DNA from: a virus
Length of the DNA stretch: 64,000 nucleotides
Virus record (IMG/VR): IMGVR_UViG_3300045922_000122
Location: 1 to 64,000 of that record
Strand: one strand, 5' to 3'
A program made the translations under genes and the position numbers. Numbering within the stretch: the first letter of the stretch is position 1; each line of letters begins with the position of its first letter. This document shows, piece after piece, positions 17,786 through 27,776 of this stretch. The notes under the pieces were generated by a model that was given only the letters and a program-made list of their open reading frames with translations, ran no database searches and had not been told where the DNA came from.

Positions 17786-18628
17786 ATGAAAGGTAACGAT
17801 TCAAAAGAAAAAGTATTAAATAGCGTAACTCGTTATATGGGGTTAGCTAATTTATCTATTGTAGCAATAAATCCAACTGCTGCTGAAATTCAAAAGATTT
17901 TAGGATTAGAGGAATTACCAAAAGAACCTAAATATACAGAAATAGAATTACCAGATGAAAATTCTGAAGATGGTAAAAGATTAGTTAATAAAGTAAGACT
18001 AATATTAAGAGGTAAAAATCTTGTAATGAATGAAGGTGTTGACGGTAAGACTACTTTTACAGAAGAAGTTATTACTGCCACACATGATGTTTTTGTAAGT
18101 AATAAACTTGTATTTTCAAAAACAGGTAAACCTAAAATTTTAAATGGTATAGGTATAGATACTTGGCAAGATATAGAGTCTTTAAAATCAAATCCTAATA
18201 TGGATTGGTTTACAAAGTATGAACCTTTACATCAAGCTATGGAAGGTGAAGTAGAGCTATTACAGATATTTAGAGAGTTTTTAAATCTAGGAAGTAAAGA
18301 TGAATGTAGATTTGATAACTATGAAAATATAGCAAAAGGTGATGTTAGTGAATTAAAAAGATATATTTCTAAATGGCCTAACAATGCTCTTACAGTATTA
18401 CTTGGTGTAAAAGTTGTAGACGATAAAGAATATCAAGTTGTTTACAATAAATGCTTTAGTAGACCTTCTTATAAATCTGCTTCAGATAAATTTATTAAAG
18501 CTTTATCTGAAGAATATGGAGAATTTAAAGCTATATATAGTCCAGACTTAAAATTAAGAGTATATACAAAAAGTCTAGAAGTTCCAGATACAGAATCAAA
18601 TTCAACAAGTACTTCTTCTTGGGTTTAA
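17786..18628 (+). CDS. crAss-type replication protein, putative SSB
   Basis: RYMGLA..IVAINPT motif; position before primase. Confidence 0.6.
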   Translation: MKGNDSKEKVLNSVTRYMGLANLSIVAINPTAAEIQKILGLEELPKEPKYTEIELPDENSEDGKRLVNKVRLILRGKNLVMNEGVDGKTTFTEEVITATHDVFVSNKLVFSKTGKPKILNGIGIDTWQDIESLKSNPNMDWFTKYEPLHQAMEGEVELLQIFREFLNLGSKDECRFDNYENIAKGDVSELKRYISKWPNNALTVLLGVKVVDDKEYQVVYNKCFSRPSYKSASDKFIKALSEEYGEFKAIYSPDLKLRVYTKSLEVPDTESNSTSTSSWV

Positions 18629-18645
18629 CAGTAATTAAAATTAAT

Positions 18646-18679
18646 AAAAGGCACTAGCTAATAACTAGTGCCTTTTTTA
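18646..18679 (+). terminator. intrinsic terminator
   Basis: AAAAGGCACTAG-ctaataa-CTAGTGCCTTTTTT. Confidence 0.8.
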
Positions 18680-18685
18680 ATAATA

Positions 18686-19738
18686 ATGAAAGGTAAAGAT
18701 AGTAAAATTTCTAAAGAATTTATATTAGAATCTATTTCTAATGATGCTCTTACTTCTCAAATAGCTATATTTGAGAAATATTTAGGTATAAGTGGTATAT
18801 ATAAAATAATAAAAGAAAAAGAAATGATTGTAAATCCTCTTAGAAAGGATGATTTTCCAACTTGTACCTTTAAAGTTTATTATAATAATGATATTCCAAA
18901 GTTATGGTTTAGAGATTGGGCAGAAAGTAAAGGAATGGATTGTATAGATTTAGTAAAAAGATTAGCTAATTGTGATTATAACTCGGCTTTGGAACTCATC
19001 GCCTACCATTTTTCTCTTTTATCGGCAGAAAGACAAGCAACTCTAAAGTATGTAATGAATCCTAAGCAAATACTAGAATTAAATAAATCAACAAGTAAAA
19101 TGACACAACTAAGAATAAAATCTATAGGTTGGAGTAAAGAACATATAAACTATTGGAAACAGTATGAACTAGATGAAGAAGATGTAGTTTATGATACTGT
19201 ACCTATTAAAGCGTATTGGTATAATGGTATTAAGTTTAATATTAATAAAATAGCATTTGCTTATACTTTTGGTAACTATAATTACAAAATATACATACCT
19301 TTTGCCGATAGAAAGAAAAAAGAGCTGAAATTTATACATAATAGAGCTGATATAATTCAAGGAGAAAACCAACTAAAATACGATAAAAGAACATTAATAA
19401 TAACATCTTCTAATAAAGACGTTAAAGTTTTAAGAAAACAGGCTAGAGTTAATAATTTTGATTATGAAGTAGTTGCTCCTATGTCAGAAACTACTCCAAT
19501 AAGTAAAGAAAAAATGGATTTTTATAAATCAAAGTATGAATATATATTACTTTACTATAATAATGATGAAAGAGGAATTATTAATTCTACTGAACATTCT
19601 AAAAGATATGATATTCCTTATATAGTTAATCCTAAAGGTACTCCTAAAGACCCTAGTGATTTTGTAAAAGAATTAGGAAGTGAAAGACTAACTATGTTTT
19701 TAAGAGAACAATTATTTAAAAATATTCCACCTTTTTAA
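18686..19738 (+). CDS. DNA primase (crAss-type DnaG/TOPRIM)
   Basis: NPLRKD..PTC, FRDW, IITSS.KD, APMSE, YNND..G, KDPSD; the GTG start at 18668 lies inside the terminator. Confidence 0.85.
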   Translation: MKGKDSKISKEFILESISNDALTSQIAIFEKYLGISGIYKIIKEKEMIVNPLRKDDFPTCTFKVYYNNDIPKLWFRDWAESKGMDCIDLVKRLANCDYNSALELIAYHFSLLSAERQATLKYVMNPKQILELNKSTSKMTQLRIKSIGWSKEHINYWKQYELDEEDVVYDTVPIKAYWYNGIKFNINKIAFAYTFGNYNYKIYIPFADRKKKELKFIHNRADIIQGENQLKYDKRTLIITSSNKDVKVLRKQARVNNFDYEVVAPMSETTPISKEKMDFYKSKYEYILLYYNNDERGIINSTEHSKRYDIPYIVNPKGTPKDPSDFVKELGSERLTMFLREQLFKNIPPF

Positions 19739-19748
19739 GTATAAATAA

Positions 19749-20414
19749 ATGAAAGAGATAAAGATAGTAATACCTAATTTTGCAAGAGAAATTAAAGTAA
19801 GTAATAATAGAAGGGCTTCTTATTATAAAGAAGGTGAAAAAATACCTAAAAAGTACCAAAATAAATTTTATACTTTTTTACCATATAAAGGTAAAATGAT
19901 ACTTTTTGATAATAAAACTAAATGTCCTGTTATAAAAAATCCAAATACAGCAGGTACTCCTAAGTTTACTACAATTGCCGGTAATGATTTATGGAATACT
20001 CATAGAGTAGGTAACTATATAGAAAAAATAAAATTGAGTTTGCAAATATATTTTTGGGATGTAATAAAACATTTTAAATTAGAAAATTTAAATATAGAAA
20101 GTTATCTACCTATGAGAATTACTTTTGATTTTTATACATATAAAGAAACTCAAGATTTAGATAATCTAGCATTATTTTATCAAAAATCTTTTGCAGATGC
20201 TATTCAAGATAAAGTTTATCCAGAAGAAAAAAGATGGATAAAAAAAGATGATGTAAAAACTATAAAAAGTTATGTTATAAATCATCATGATGTAGAATCA
20301 AAAGAAAAAGAACAATTAATAATAACTATAACCAAAGTAGAAAATTGTAATGTTATAGATTATACAACAAATGTTTTACAATTAAATACAGATGAAATAA
20401 ATGGAAGAGATTAA
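19749..20414 (+). CDS. RusA-like Holliday junction resolvase
   Basis: DLDNL..KSFADAI..WIKKDD. Confidence 0.7.
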   Translation: MKEIKIVIPNFAREIKVSNNRRASYYKEGEKIPKKYQNKFYTFLPYKGKMILFDNKTKCPVIKNPNTAGTPKFTTIAGNDLWNTHRVGNYIEKIKLSLQIYFWDVIKHFKLENLNIESYLPMRITFDFYTYKETQDLDNLALFYQKSFADAIQDKVYPEEKRWIKKDDVKTIKSYVINHHDVESKEKEQLIITITKVENCNVIDYTTNVLQLNTDEINGRD

Positions 20415-21459
20415 AGAAATTTTTAAATCAGACCTTACTTATGAAACAGTAGGTATGTCTATTAATCCAAATGAATGGGTTTTTAGCAATAGTGCTTTAA
20501 ATTGTATAGACCCTGATACTGGAGGTCATCCTAAAAAACTTTATAAATTTTTTACAAGTCCTCAAGAAACTGAAGATACAAGTAAATCTTTAGTTACAGG
20601 AACTTTGCTTCATAAATATATGCAAAATCCAGATGAATTTGCTGTAAGTGAAATTCAAAAACCATCTGATAAACTATCTATAGCTGCTGATAATATGATA
20701 AAAGAATTATCAAGTTTAGAAAGTATAGAATCTATAGAAATGAATGAATTATTATTAGCTAATATTAGAGAAGTAGGATGGAATAAAAACTGGAAAGATG
20801 AAGCTATAATTAAAAATACAAAAGATATTGTAATTCCTTATGTTTTAGAAAGTTTGAGAAATAAAGGTAAATTTATATTAACTTCTCAACAACAAAAAAC
20901 TTTAGAAGGTTGTATAAAAAGCATACAAGAAAATTACACTATCCAATCTTTAGTATTTAGTAATAATGAAAGTACATTATCTTTTACAGAAGCACCTGTT
21001 TATAGTAATTATGTTTTAGAAGATTATATATTTAAAATTAAAGGTAAGATAGACAAAATACAAATAGACTACAAAGCTAAAATAATAAACATATTTGATT
21101 ACAAAACTACAAACAGTACAATACATAAATTTTACTATAGTTTTTTATCTTATAAATACTATAGACAAATGTACTTTTATAAAGAACTTATCCAAAGTAA
21201 ATTTCCAGACTATAAAATAAATATATATTTAATAGTAGTAGAAACTTCTAATTTATTTTGTTCTACTGTAATTAGAATTACTGATTATTGGTTAGATATA
21301 GGAAGTAAAAATACTAAAGATTTATTTTATAGAATTTTAGGTCATATTAAAAATAATAATTTTAATATAACTATGGAAGAAATATTAAACTTTGGATTAG
21401 TAATATTGCCAGAAAACTATGAACCAAGTCCTATATCAAAAATGATGATTTTAATATGA
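20401..21459 (+). CDS. PD-(D/E)xK exonuclease (RecE/Cas4-like)
   Basis: FSNSAL, GTLLH, KGKID, FDYKTT, YYRQMYFY. Confidence 0.88.
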   Translation: MEEIKEIFKSDLTYETVGMSINPNEWVFSNSALNCIDPDTGGHPKKLYKFFTSPQETEDTSKSLVTGTLLHKYMQNPDEFAVSEIQKPSDKLSIAADNMIKELSSLESIESIEMNELLLANIREVGWNKNWKDEAIIKNTKDIVIPYVLESLRNKGKFILTSQQQKTLEGCIKSIQENYTIQSLVFSNNESTLSFTEAPVYSNYVLEDYIFKIKGKIDKIQIDYKAKIINIFDYKTTNSTIHKFYYSFLSYKYYRQMYFYKELIQSKFPDYKINIYLIVVETSNLFCSTVIRITDYWLDIGSKNTKDLFYRILGHIKNNNFNITMEEILNFGLVILPENYEPSPISKMMILI

Positions 21460-23333
21460 GTAGATATGTAGTAGATTACAAAGGATTGATAGAACCTGAA
21501 CATTTTCAATCTTGTAGTTTAAAAGAAGCTATAGATTATTTATCTAATTTAGATGAAATACAAGTAGATAGTGAAACTGAAGGGTTTGACCCTTATACTA
21601 AAAATCCAATATGCTATCAATTAGGAGATAAAACTGGTGAAAACCAGTTTTTATTTCCTTATAGTAAAGAAAACATGTCTGCTTTAAAACCAATATTAGA
21701 AAATAATAATAAAACATTTATATTTCAAAATTCACAATTTGATTTAAGATTTTTAAGAAGAGATAATATTATAGTTACAAATATATTTGATGTATTTTTA
21801 GCAGAATGTTTATTAACTACAAGTGTTCCAGAAAAAGAAAGACAATTAGGATTAGACTACTTAGTATTTAAATATACAGGAAACACATTAAATAAATCAG
21901 TAAGAGGAGTTATACATAGAGAAAATCTAAGTTCAAGAGTTATAGTTTATGCTTGTGAAGACGTTAAATATATGTCTCAAGTAAAAGCTAAACAAATAGA
22001 AAAACTTAAAGAACTAGATTTAATGAATGTAATGGATTTAGAAAATAAAGCTGCAATAGCTTTTTCTGCAATGTGTTATAATGGAATTAAATTAAATCAA
22101 AGTAAATGGAAGGAGGTTTCAATTAATGTAGAAAAAGATTTAAAGAAACAAATAGAAATTCTAGATAACATAGTTATTAAAGAGAAGAAGCTTATAAAAT
22201 ATTGTAGTAGATTTACTCAATCTAAGCTTTTTGATGGATTCAACGAAAGAGTAGTAAAAATTAATTGGGCTAGTGATTTACAAAAAAAGAAAGTTCTTAT
22301 AAGTTTATTCGGTGATAGTATTGAAGATAGTTCTGATAGAACTTTACAAAAGTATAAGAAAAAACACAAATTAGTAGGTGAACTTATAAAGTTTAACAAA
22401 CTTTCAAAATTACAAAGTTCTTTTGGAAATGAATTTTTAAAACATATAAATCCAGTTACTAATAGGATACATCCAGAAGTATGGCAAATACTAAGTACAG
22501 GTAGAATATCTGTAAGCAATCCAAATTTAAATCAAATTCCTGCTAAAGGAGAAATAGGAAACATAATCAGAAGTTGTTTTATACCTGAAGAAGGTAATGT
22601 TATTGTAGGTGGAGATTATTCAGGTATGGAATTAAGGATAATAGCTGAATTTAGTGATGACCCTGTATGGGTTAATGCTTTTATAGAAGGTAAAGACTTA
22701 CATTCTTTATTATGCTCTATGACATTTGGTATTCCAGAAACAGATGTTAAAAAACCATTTCCTTTAAAACCAGAAATGACTTATAGAGATGTACAAAAAA
22801 CTATTAACTTTGGATTAGCTTATGGAATGTCAGAATTTAAACTTGCAGATACTATAGATATATCTACTAAAGATGCTAAATCTATTATTGATAAGTTTTT
22901 TAGCCAAGTTCCTAAAGTAAAAAAGTTACTAGATACTTTTGGTAATTTAGCTAAAACTTATGGTAGAATAAGAACAGCTCCTCCATTTAGAAGAATTAGA
23001 GAATTTGAAAACTGGCAATTAGCTGTAGAAACTCAAGATTTTAAAAGGCTTGGAGAAATAGAAAGAGCTGGTAAAAATTCTCCTATTCAAGGTACAAACT
23101 CAGATATTATAAAATTAGCAATGCACTTATTACAAACAGAAATAGATAGAGATAAGTTACCTATTAAGATTATTCTATCTGTATATGATGAAATAAGATG
23201 CGAAGCTCATAAATCTATAGCTGAATATTGGAAAGATAGAATGAATACTGTTATGCTAGAATCAGCTAAAACTGTAATAAAAAAAGTTCCTATAGTTGTA
23301 GATTGTAAAATTACTGATTGTTGGATTAAATAA
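21456..23333 (+). CDS. polA: DNA polymerase family A with 3'-5' exonuclease
   Basis: Exo motifs DSET, NSQFD, YACED; TGRIS..PNLNQIP; motif A DYSGMELRI; motif B R..KTINFGLAYG; motif C VYDEI. Confidence 0.95.
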   Translation: MSRYVVDYKGLIEPEHFQSCSLKEAIDYLSNLDEIQVDSETEGFDPYTKNPICYQLGDKTGENQFLFPYSKENMSALKPILENNNKTFIFQNSQFDLRFLRRDNIIVTNIFDVFLAECLLTTSVPEKERQLGLDYLVFKYTGNTLNKSVRGVIHRENLSSRVIVYACEDVKYMSQVKAKQIEKLKELDLMNVMDLENKAAIAFSAMCYNGIKLNQSKWKEVSINVEKDLKKQIEILDNIVIKEKKLIKYCSRFTQSKLFDGFNERVVKINWASDLQKKKVLISLFGDSIEDSSDRTLQKYKKKHKLVGELIKFNKLSKLQSSFGNEFLKHINPVTNRIHPEVWQILSTGRISVSNPNLNQIPAKGEIGNIIRSCFIPEEGNVIVGGDYSGMELRIIAEFSDDPVWVNAFIEGKDLHSLLCSMTFGIPETDVKKPFPLKPEMTYRDVQKTINFGLAYGMSEFKLADTIDISTKDAKSIIDKFFSQVPKVKKLLDTFGNLAKTYGRIRTAPPFRRIREFENWQLAVETQDFKRLGEIERAGKNSPIQGTNSDIIKLAMHLLQTEIDRDKLPIKIILSVYDEIRCEAHKSIAEYWKDRMNTVMLESAKTVIKKVPIVVDCKITDCWIK

Positions 23334-23345
23334 AATCTAAAGAAT

Positions 23346-23636
23346 ATGAAAAAACAAAATTTTGATAAATCAATAGAAATTATAAAAAAAGCAGTATCTG
23401 AATTATTACCTATTAAAGATTCTAGAAATAATGAAATTAGAGAGATTATAAATTATCTACTTGATTGTGCTGAAAATGGATATTGTTTAATTCCATTTCC
23501 AAATTCACAAGAATACATGGAAGAAGAATGGTTTGACAAAGAAGCTATTCTTGCTCTAGGTATTGAGTATAAAATAGGAGGTAGTGCTTATTTTATACCT
23601 ATTAAAAGAATCATAAATAGTATAAATAGTAAATAA
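23346..23636 (+). CDS. hypothetical protein
   Basis: 96-aa ORF. Confidence 0.7.
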   Translation: MKKQNFDKSIEIIKKAVSELLPIKDSRNNEIREIINYLLDCAENGYCLIPFPNSQEYMEEEWFDKEAILALGIEYKIGGSAYFIPIKRIINSINSK

Positions 23637-23670
23637 ATAATAGTTATAAAAACAATAAAATAAGTTTATT

Positions 23671-23886
23671 ATGGAAAGAAATAGAGTTATTTGGGAAGGT
23701 TGGACAGTAAATGATTTTATATCTAAATTAGAACCTATGTTCAATATGATAATGAAAAATCAAAGTCGTCAAAAACCTTTTACTTCTAAAGAAGAATTAA
23801 AAAAATGGTGTAAAGATAATCAACCTTATTACAAAAAACATATACCTGAAGTTTATAAATATTTTAAGAAAAAGGCAAATTTATAA
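23671..23886 (+). CDS. hypothetical protein
   Basis: 71-aa ORF, IWEGWTV..WC.DNQPYY. Confidence 0.75.
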   Translation: MERNRVIWEGWTVNDFISKLEPMFNMIMKNQSRQKPFTSKEELKKWCKDNQPYYKKHIPEVYKYFKKKANL

Positions 23887-23897
23887 AAATACTACAA

Positions 23898-24146
23898 ATG
23901 AATAAATTAGATGAAATAATAGAGAAAAATAAGATTCAATTTTTAGAATCAAATAACAATATAAGCATAAATGATTTATGTAAAACAGTAGCAATAGAAT
24001 TTGCTAAATACATTCTTGAAGAAGCTGCTGAAAATGTTAAATTTGAAACTGAATATTATGTAAATGATGAAGGTTTATGGGATACAAGACTAACAAATAA
24101 AATAGCAAAAGAGTCAATCACATCAGTAATAAATAAATACTTATGA
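23898..24146 (+). CDS. hypothetical protein
   Basis: 82-aa ORF. Confidence 0.7.
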   Translation: MNKLDEIIEKNKIQFLESNNNISINDLCKTVAIEFAKYILEEAAENVKFETEYYVNDEGLWDTRLTNKIAKESITSVINKYL

Positions 24147-24394
24147 GTAAAATATTAAAAAACTTAAATTATCAGTTAAAAACTGAATTTAAACATGATG
24201 CTGAAAAAGTTAAAGTTATTTATGATTACTTAATTAAGAAATATGACGGACACATTTGGGAAAGTAAATGGAATCCTTTAGTAAGTACTAATTTTATTGG
24301 TAAATACCCTTATTATAAAAAAGTTTATAGTTTAACTGATATTGGTGAAATGGTTTTTAAACAATTAACAAATGAAAATACTAATAAACAATAA
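24143..24394 (+). CDS. hypothetical protein
   Basis: 83-aa ORF, ATGA overlap. Confidence 0.7.
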   Translation: MSKILKNLNYQLKTEFKHDAEKVKVIYDYLIKKYDGHIWESKWNPLVSTNFIGKYPYYKKVYSLTDIGEMVFKQLTNENTNKQ

Positions 24395-24992
24395 AGAACA
24401 AGATACTATTAAAGCTATTCAAGTAGACGATTACTGGGTAGTTGTTGATACTAAAGATACTTATTATCAGAAAAATAAATTTGTTTACTCTTTAAATGGT
24501 GGAATTGGGTTTTTAGATAGAGATAATGAAAAATCTTATGTAATAAAAAATAATACATCTGATATTTGTTATGAGTTTACTTATACGGATAGTTGGTATA
24601 AAATCATAGCTTCAACTAAATTCATTGACAAATCTATTCCTGTAATTAAGTTTGTTGAGAAAAGTGTTAATGAATTAGCTAAAGAATATCAAAATTCTTG
24701 GGGTAAATTTGAAAAAACTGAAGAATCTTATTATGCTTTTATAGAAGGTTTTAATCAAGCTAAATCTTCTGATAAGAAATATACAGAAAAACAATTAGAA
24801 GATGCTATTATAATGGCATTTGATATATCTGAATTTGGAATATTTAGAATATCAAGAGATAAATATAAAAATAGAATCATTCAATCAATAAACGAATCTA
24901 AACTACCTGATGTAATTAACTTAGAAATGGAAGATTCAAAACTTAAAACTAAATCAACTCCAGAAGGAGAAGTTATAGAAATTAAAGTTTAA
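24372..24992 (+). CDS. hypothetical protein
   Basis: 206-aa ORF; KIIAST, FIEGF..A, KKYTE motifs. Confidence 0.75.
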   Translation: MKILINNKEQDTIKAIQVDDYWVVVDTKDTYYQKNKFVYSLNGGIGFLDRDNEKSYVIKNNTSDICYEFTYTDSWYKIIASTKFIDKSIPVIKFVEKSVNELAKEYQNSWGKFEKTEESYYAFIEGFNQAKSSDKKYTEKQLEDAIIMAFDISEFGIFRISRDKYKNRIIQSINESKLPDVINLEMEDSKLKTKSTPEGEVIEIKV

Positions 24993-25038
24993 ATAAATTA
25001 TTATTTGATGGTTGTTTAAAACATAAATAAGAAAGATT

Positions 25039-25365
25039 ATGTACACATTTAAATTAAATTGTGATAAGTGGTTTGAAGACGATAAGATAAAAATAATATA
25101 TTTAAAATACTATGATAATAAAAGACTTGCTGTATACATTAAAGACAAAGACGGTAAGGATTATTGTATTATAAAAAAAATTCTTATTGATAAAAATAAT
25201 GAAAGTTTTGATATAGCAACCGATAAAATCAGAAATTTTGTACGAGATAAACTTCAAGAATGGATAACAGAAGAAGATGAAAAAGAGAGAGCAAGACTTG
25301 AAGCTATTGAACGTGAAAAACTAGAGGAAAAAGAAAAAATAAAGAGATTAATGGATTTATTTTAA
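25039..25365 (+). CDS. hypothetical protein
   Basis: 108-aa ORF. Confidence 0.7.
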   Translation: MYTFKLNCDKWFEDDKIKIIYLKYYDNKRLAVYIKDKDGKDYCIIKKILIDKNNESFDIATDKIRNFVRDKLQEWITEEDEKERARLEAIEREKLEEKEKIKRLMDLF

Positions 25366-25392
25366 ATCTTTAAAATTTAAACAAATAATAAT

Positions 25393-25623
25393 ATGTCAAA
25401 AAATAACGAAATTAAACTATTTAAGCAAACTACTGTTATCAACAGTTCTTATTTAGATAAACTTGCAAAAGATTAAGTCAGCAAAAGAATATCAAAGACT
25501 TTGCAGTATGACTTGGAAACAATACTTTCAGGAGTTTATTTCAAAGAATTGTCAGATAATTTAGAGTTAACTAAAAAAGAATAAGATAATATTAGTGATG
25601 AAGAAAAATATGAGATACTATAA
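25393..25623 (+). pseudogene. decayed small gene with two in-frame TAA codons
   Basis: MSKNNEIK...AKD*VSKR...KKE*DNI...EIL*; fills the gap and its final stop overlaps the next ATG. Confidence 0.5.
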
Positions 25624-25832
25624 TGGAAAATAATTTATATATTAGTCATAAACTAACAGAAGAAAATAAAAAAGCACTTTATAGCATGAAGCTACATGAA
25701 ACTAAAGTTTTTAGCTGTGAGTATAATATTTACTTAATGGTAACCAGAGTACCTGGTGGTTGGATTTATGAATACAATGCTGAAAGGTTACATTATGCTA
25801 TTTTTATTCCGTTTGATAATGAATTTCAATAA
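25623..25832 (+). CDS. hypothetical protein
   Basis: 69-aa ORF, RVPGGWIY motif. Confidence 0.75.
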   Translation: MENNLYISHKLTEENKKALYSMKLHETKVFSCEYNIYLMVTRVPGGWIYEYNAERLHYAIFIPFDNEFQ

Positions 25833-25898
25833 GATTAACCAGTCGGCTATTGTTGAGAGGGCATTTTTGGATTATTTAAAACATAAATAATATTTAAT

Positions 25899-26168
25899 AT
25901 GAAAACATTTACAATTAAAAAAACTGACAATGATAATAATAATTTAGAAAATTTTAATAAAGCTATTGACAATGCAATTAATGATTTTATATTAGAAAAT
26001 CACCGAATGCCTGAAATTATTATTATAAATCCTGTCGATTTTGAAAAGTTTATACAGGCAATATGCCAAAAATATAGCTACTATGGTATACAGAATTTTT
26101 TCAACTATAAATGGTTGAGAATAATTAGGTCGTATGATATTGATGAAGGATGTTGGGCTGTTTATTAA
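25899..26168 (+). CDS. hypothetical protein
   Basis: 89-aa ORF. Confidence 0.7.
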   Translation: MKTFTIKKTDNDNNNLENFNKAIDNAINDFILENHRMPEIIIINPVDFEKFIQAICQKYSYYGIQNFFNYKWLRIIRSYDIDEGCWAVY

Positions 26169-26202
26169 TTGTTTGATTGTTTTAAAAATAAAAGTTAAAA
26201 AT

Positions 26203-26367
26203 ATGGAAAATATAAATTTAAGTAAAAAATTAGAAAATCTTAAAAGAGATTTTGAAAGTATTATTGATGATGTTATTGAAGAAATTGAAAGTCTTGAAAA
26301 CAAGTTAGAAGATAAAGAAAGTGAAATTGAGTTATTGGAAGAAAGAATTTCAGAATTAGAACAGTGA
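26203..26367 (+). CDS. small acidic coiled-coil protein
   Basis: ATG 26203 preferred over 26134; strongly E/D-rich. Confidence 0.65.
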   Translation: MENINLSKKLENLKRDFESIIDDVIEEIESLENKLEDKESEIELLEERISELEQ

Positions 26368-26382
26368 AATTAAAATCATAAA

Positions 26383-26616
26383 ATGAGCAAACAAGCAAAA
26401 TTTAAAGACCTTATTAATTTGTGTAATAAATTTGGTTGGGATAATATTATATCTGAATTAGAAAAGATTGTTTTACATTACGAAAACATTCAAGCACATT
26501 TATTTAGTGGTACTCCACAAGAGGTACGTCAGGCTGTAAAACTTCGTAAGACAATTATTAAGCAAAATTTAACAATTGCTAAATTAAAAGAATATCGTAA
26601 AAAACATGGACTTTAA
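26383..26616 (+). CDS. hypothetical protein
   Basis: 77-aa ORF. Confidence 0.7.
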   Translation: MSKQAKFKDLINLCNKFGWDNIISELEKIVLHYENIQAHLFSGTPQEVRQAVKLRKTIIKQNLTIAKLKEYRKKHGL

Positions 26617-26685
26617 TAAAAATTATAATAAAAGTAGAAATAATTAAAATTATAATTTAAACTAAACCTTTAAAACAATAAAACT

Positions 26686-26985
26686 ATGAACACAAAAAAG
26701 ATTCAAGAAAAAGAATATGATACACCTGTAATTCGTCAACCTGAGTTTCAAATAATTATTGAAACGTTACAAAGTGCCGTAGCTCGCTATGATGCTATTG
26801 TATCCGAAACAAAAAACAAACTGCAAATGATTAAAACGTACAATGAACCTTCAACACTAAACGAAGCTGTAAAAGAAAAAGAGACTGAAAGTGTAACAGA
26901 AGAAATTAATCGTTTGCTTGAACAATTAAATCTACTTAATGAAAAAGCAGAAGGAAATTTAAGGCACTTGAGAGAAATAGTTTAA
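26686..26985 (+). CDS. hypothetical helical protein
   Basis: 99-aa ORF. Confidence 0.7.
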   Translation: MNTKKIQEKEYDTPVIRQPEFQIIIETLQSAVARYDAIVSETKNKLQMIKTYNEPSTLNEAVKEKETESVTEEINRLLEQLNLLNEKAEGNLRHLREIV

Positions 26986-27018
26986 TTTTTTTAGCTTTAA
27001 TTAAACAAAGCAGTAAAA

Positions 27019-27228
27019 ATGAAAATCCATATTTATAAATTAGTAAAAGAAATACTGAAAAATCCAGAGTTATATCATCAATGTATAGCTTGTAAAAATC
27101 CAGTTGATAAAAGACATGCTCAAGATGGTTGTCCTACTTGTGGTGGACATTATTTTGAAGCTGAAAAAGATAAAGATTTTTCACATTTAAAAGATATTTT
27201 AGAAGATAATCAAGAAATAGAAGTATGA
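27019..27228 (+). CDS. zinc-ribbon protein
   Basis: CIAC...CPTCGG. Confidence 0.7.
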   Translation: MKIHIYKLVKEILKNPELYHQCIACKNPVDKRHAQDGCPTCGGHYFEAEKDKDFSHLKDILEDNQEIEV

Positions 27229-27776
27229 TAAACTCAAAAGAAAGACAATTTAACGTATTTAAATTAACAAGTGGGGATATTATATATGTTCCTATTTTAG
27301 AATTTGCTATTTTTAAAAATTATAAAATAGTAAAAGAAGGAGTAAATAAAGACAGAGAAGTTATTATAAGTATAACTTATTATTCATTACTTAATTCAGC
27401 TAAATATCATACAAGAACTAGACATTCTAGATTTAGAAGAGTTGCAGCAGCACATATAAATAACTTAAATTTAGAAGAAATAGCTAGAGCTTCTAGTATA
27501 TATAGTAAGTACAAAGAAGAATTTGAATATAATCCTATAACAAATGCTACTCCTATTAAAGATAAAGTAAGTGAAATTATTGAAGATTTATATTTAAAAA
27601 ATAAATCTAATACTTTAAATGAAGAAGAATATCTATTTGAAATGGTAAATAAGTTAACTGATTTCACTAATTATAAAGATTTTATGTTTGAAAATTTTAA
27701 GTTAAAAGAAGATTATATTTTTCAATTAATACAATATGCAGATATTTATAGAGAAGTTAGGGGAAAAGTGGTATGA
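27225..27776 (+). CDS. hypothetical protein
   Basis: 183-aa ORF. Confidence 0.7.
   Translation: MINSKERQFNVFKLTSGDIIYVPILEFAIFKNYKIVKEGVNKDREVIISITYYSLLNSAKYHTRTRHSRFRRVAAAHINNLNLEEIARASSIYSKYKEEFEYNPITNATPIKDKVSEIIEDLYLKNKSNTLNEEEYLFEMVNKLTDFTNYKDFMFENFKLKEDYIFQLIQYADIYREVRGKVV

Noticed and set aside
4381-25623. Stop-codon reassignment, known in some crAss-like phages
   Set aside because: Long genes are intact in the standard code and end in TAA, TGA or TAG; the few in-frame TAAs are confined to small ORFs and look like decay or sequencing errors
363-27667. Short minus-strand ORFs in the early block (for example 363-587, 906-1118, 8314-8571, 9540-9800, 22217-22519, 25992-26303, 27407-27667)
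   Set aside because: They overlap well-supported plus-strand genes and have the S/L/F/I-rich composition of antisense shadows
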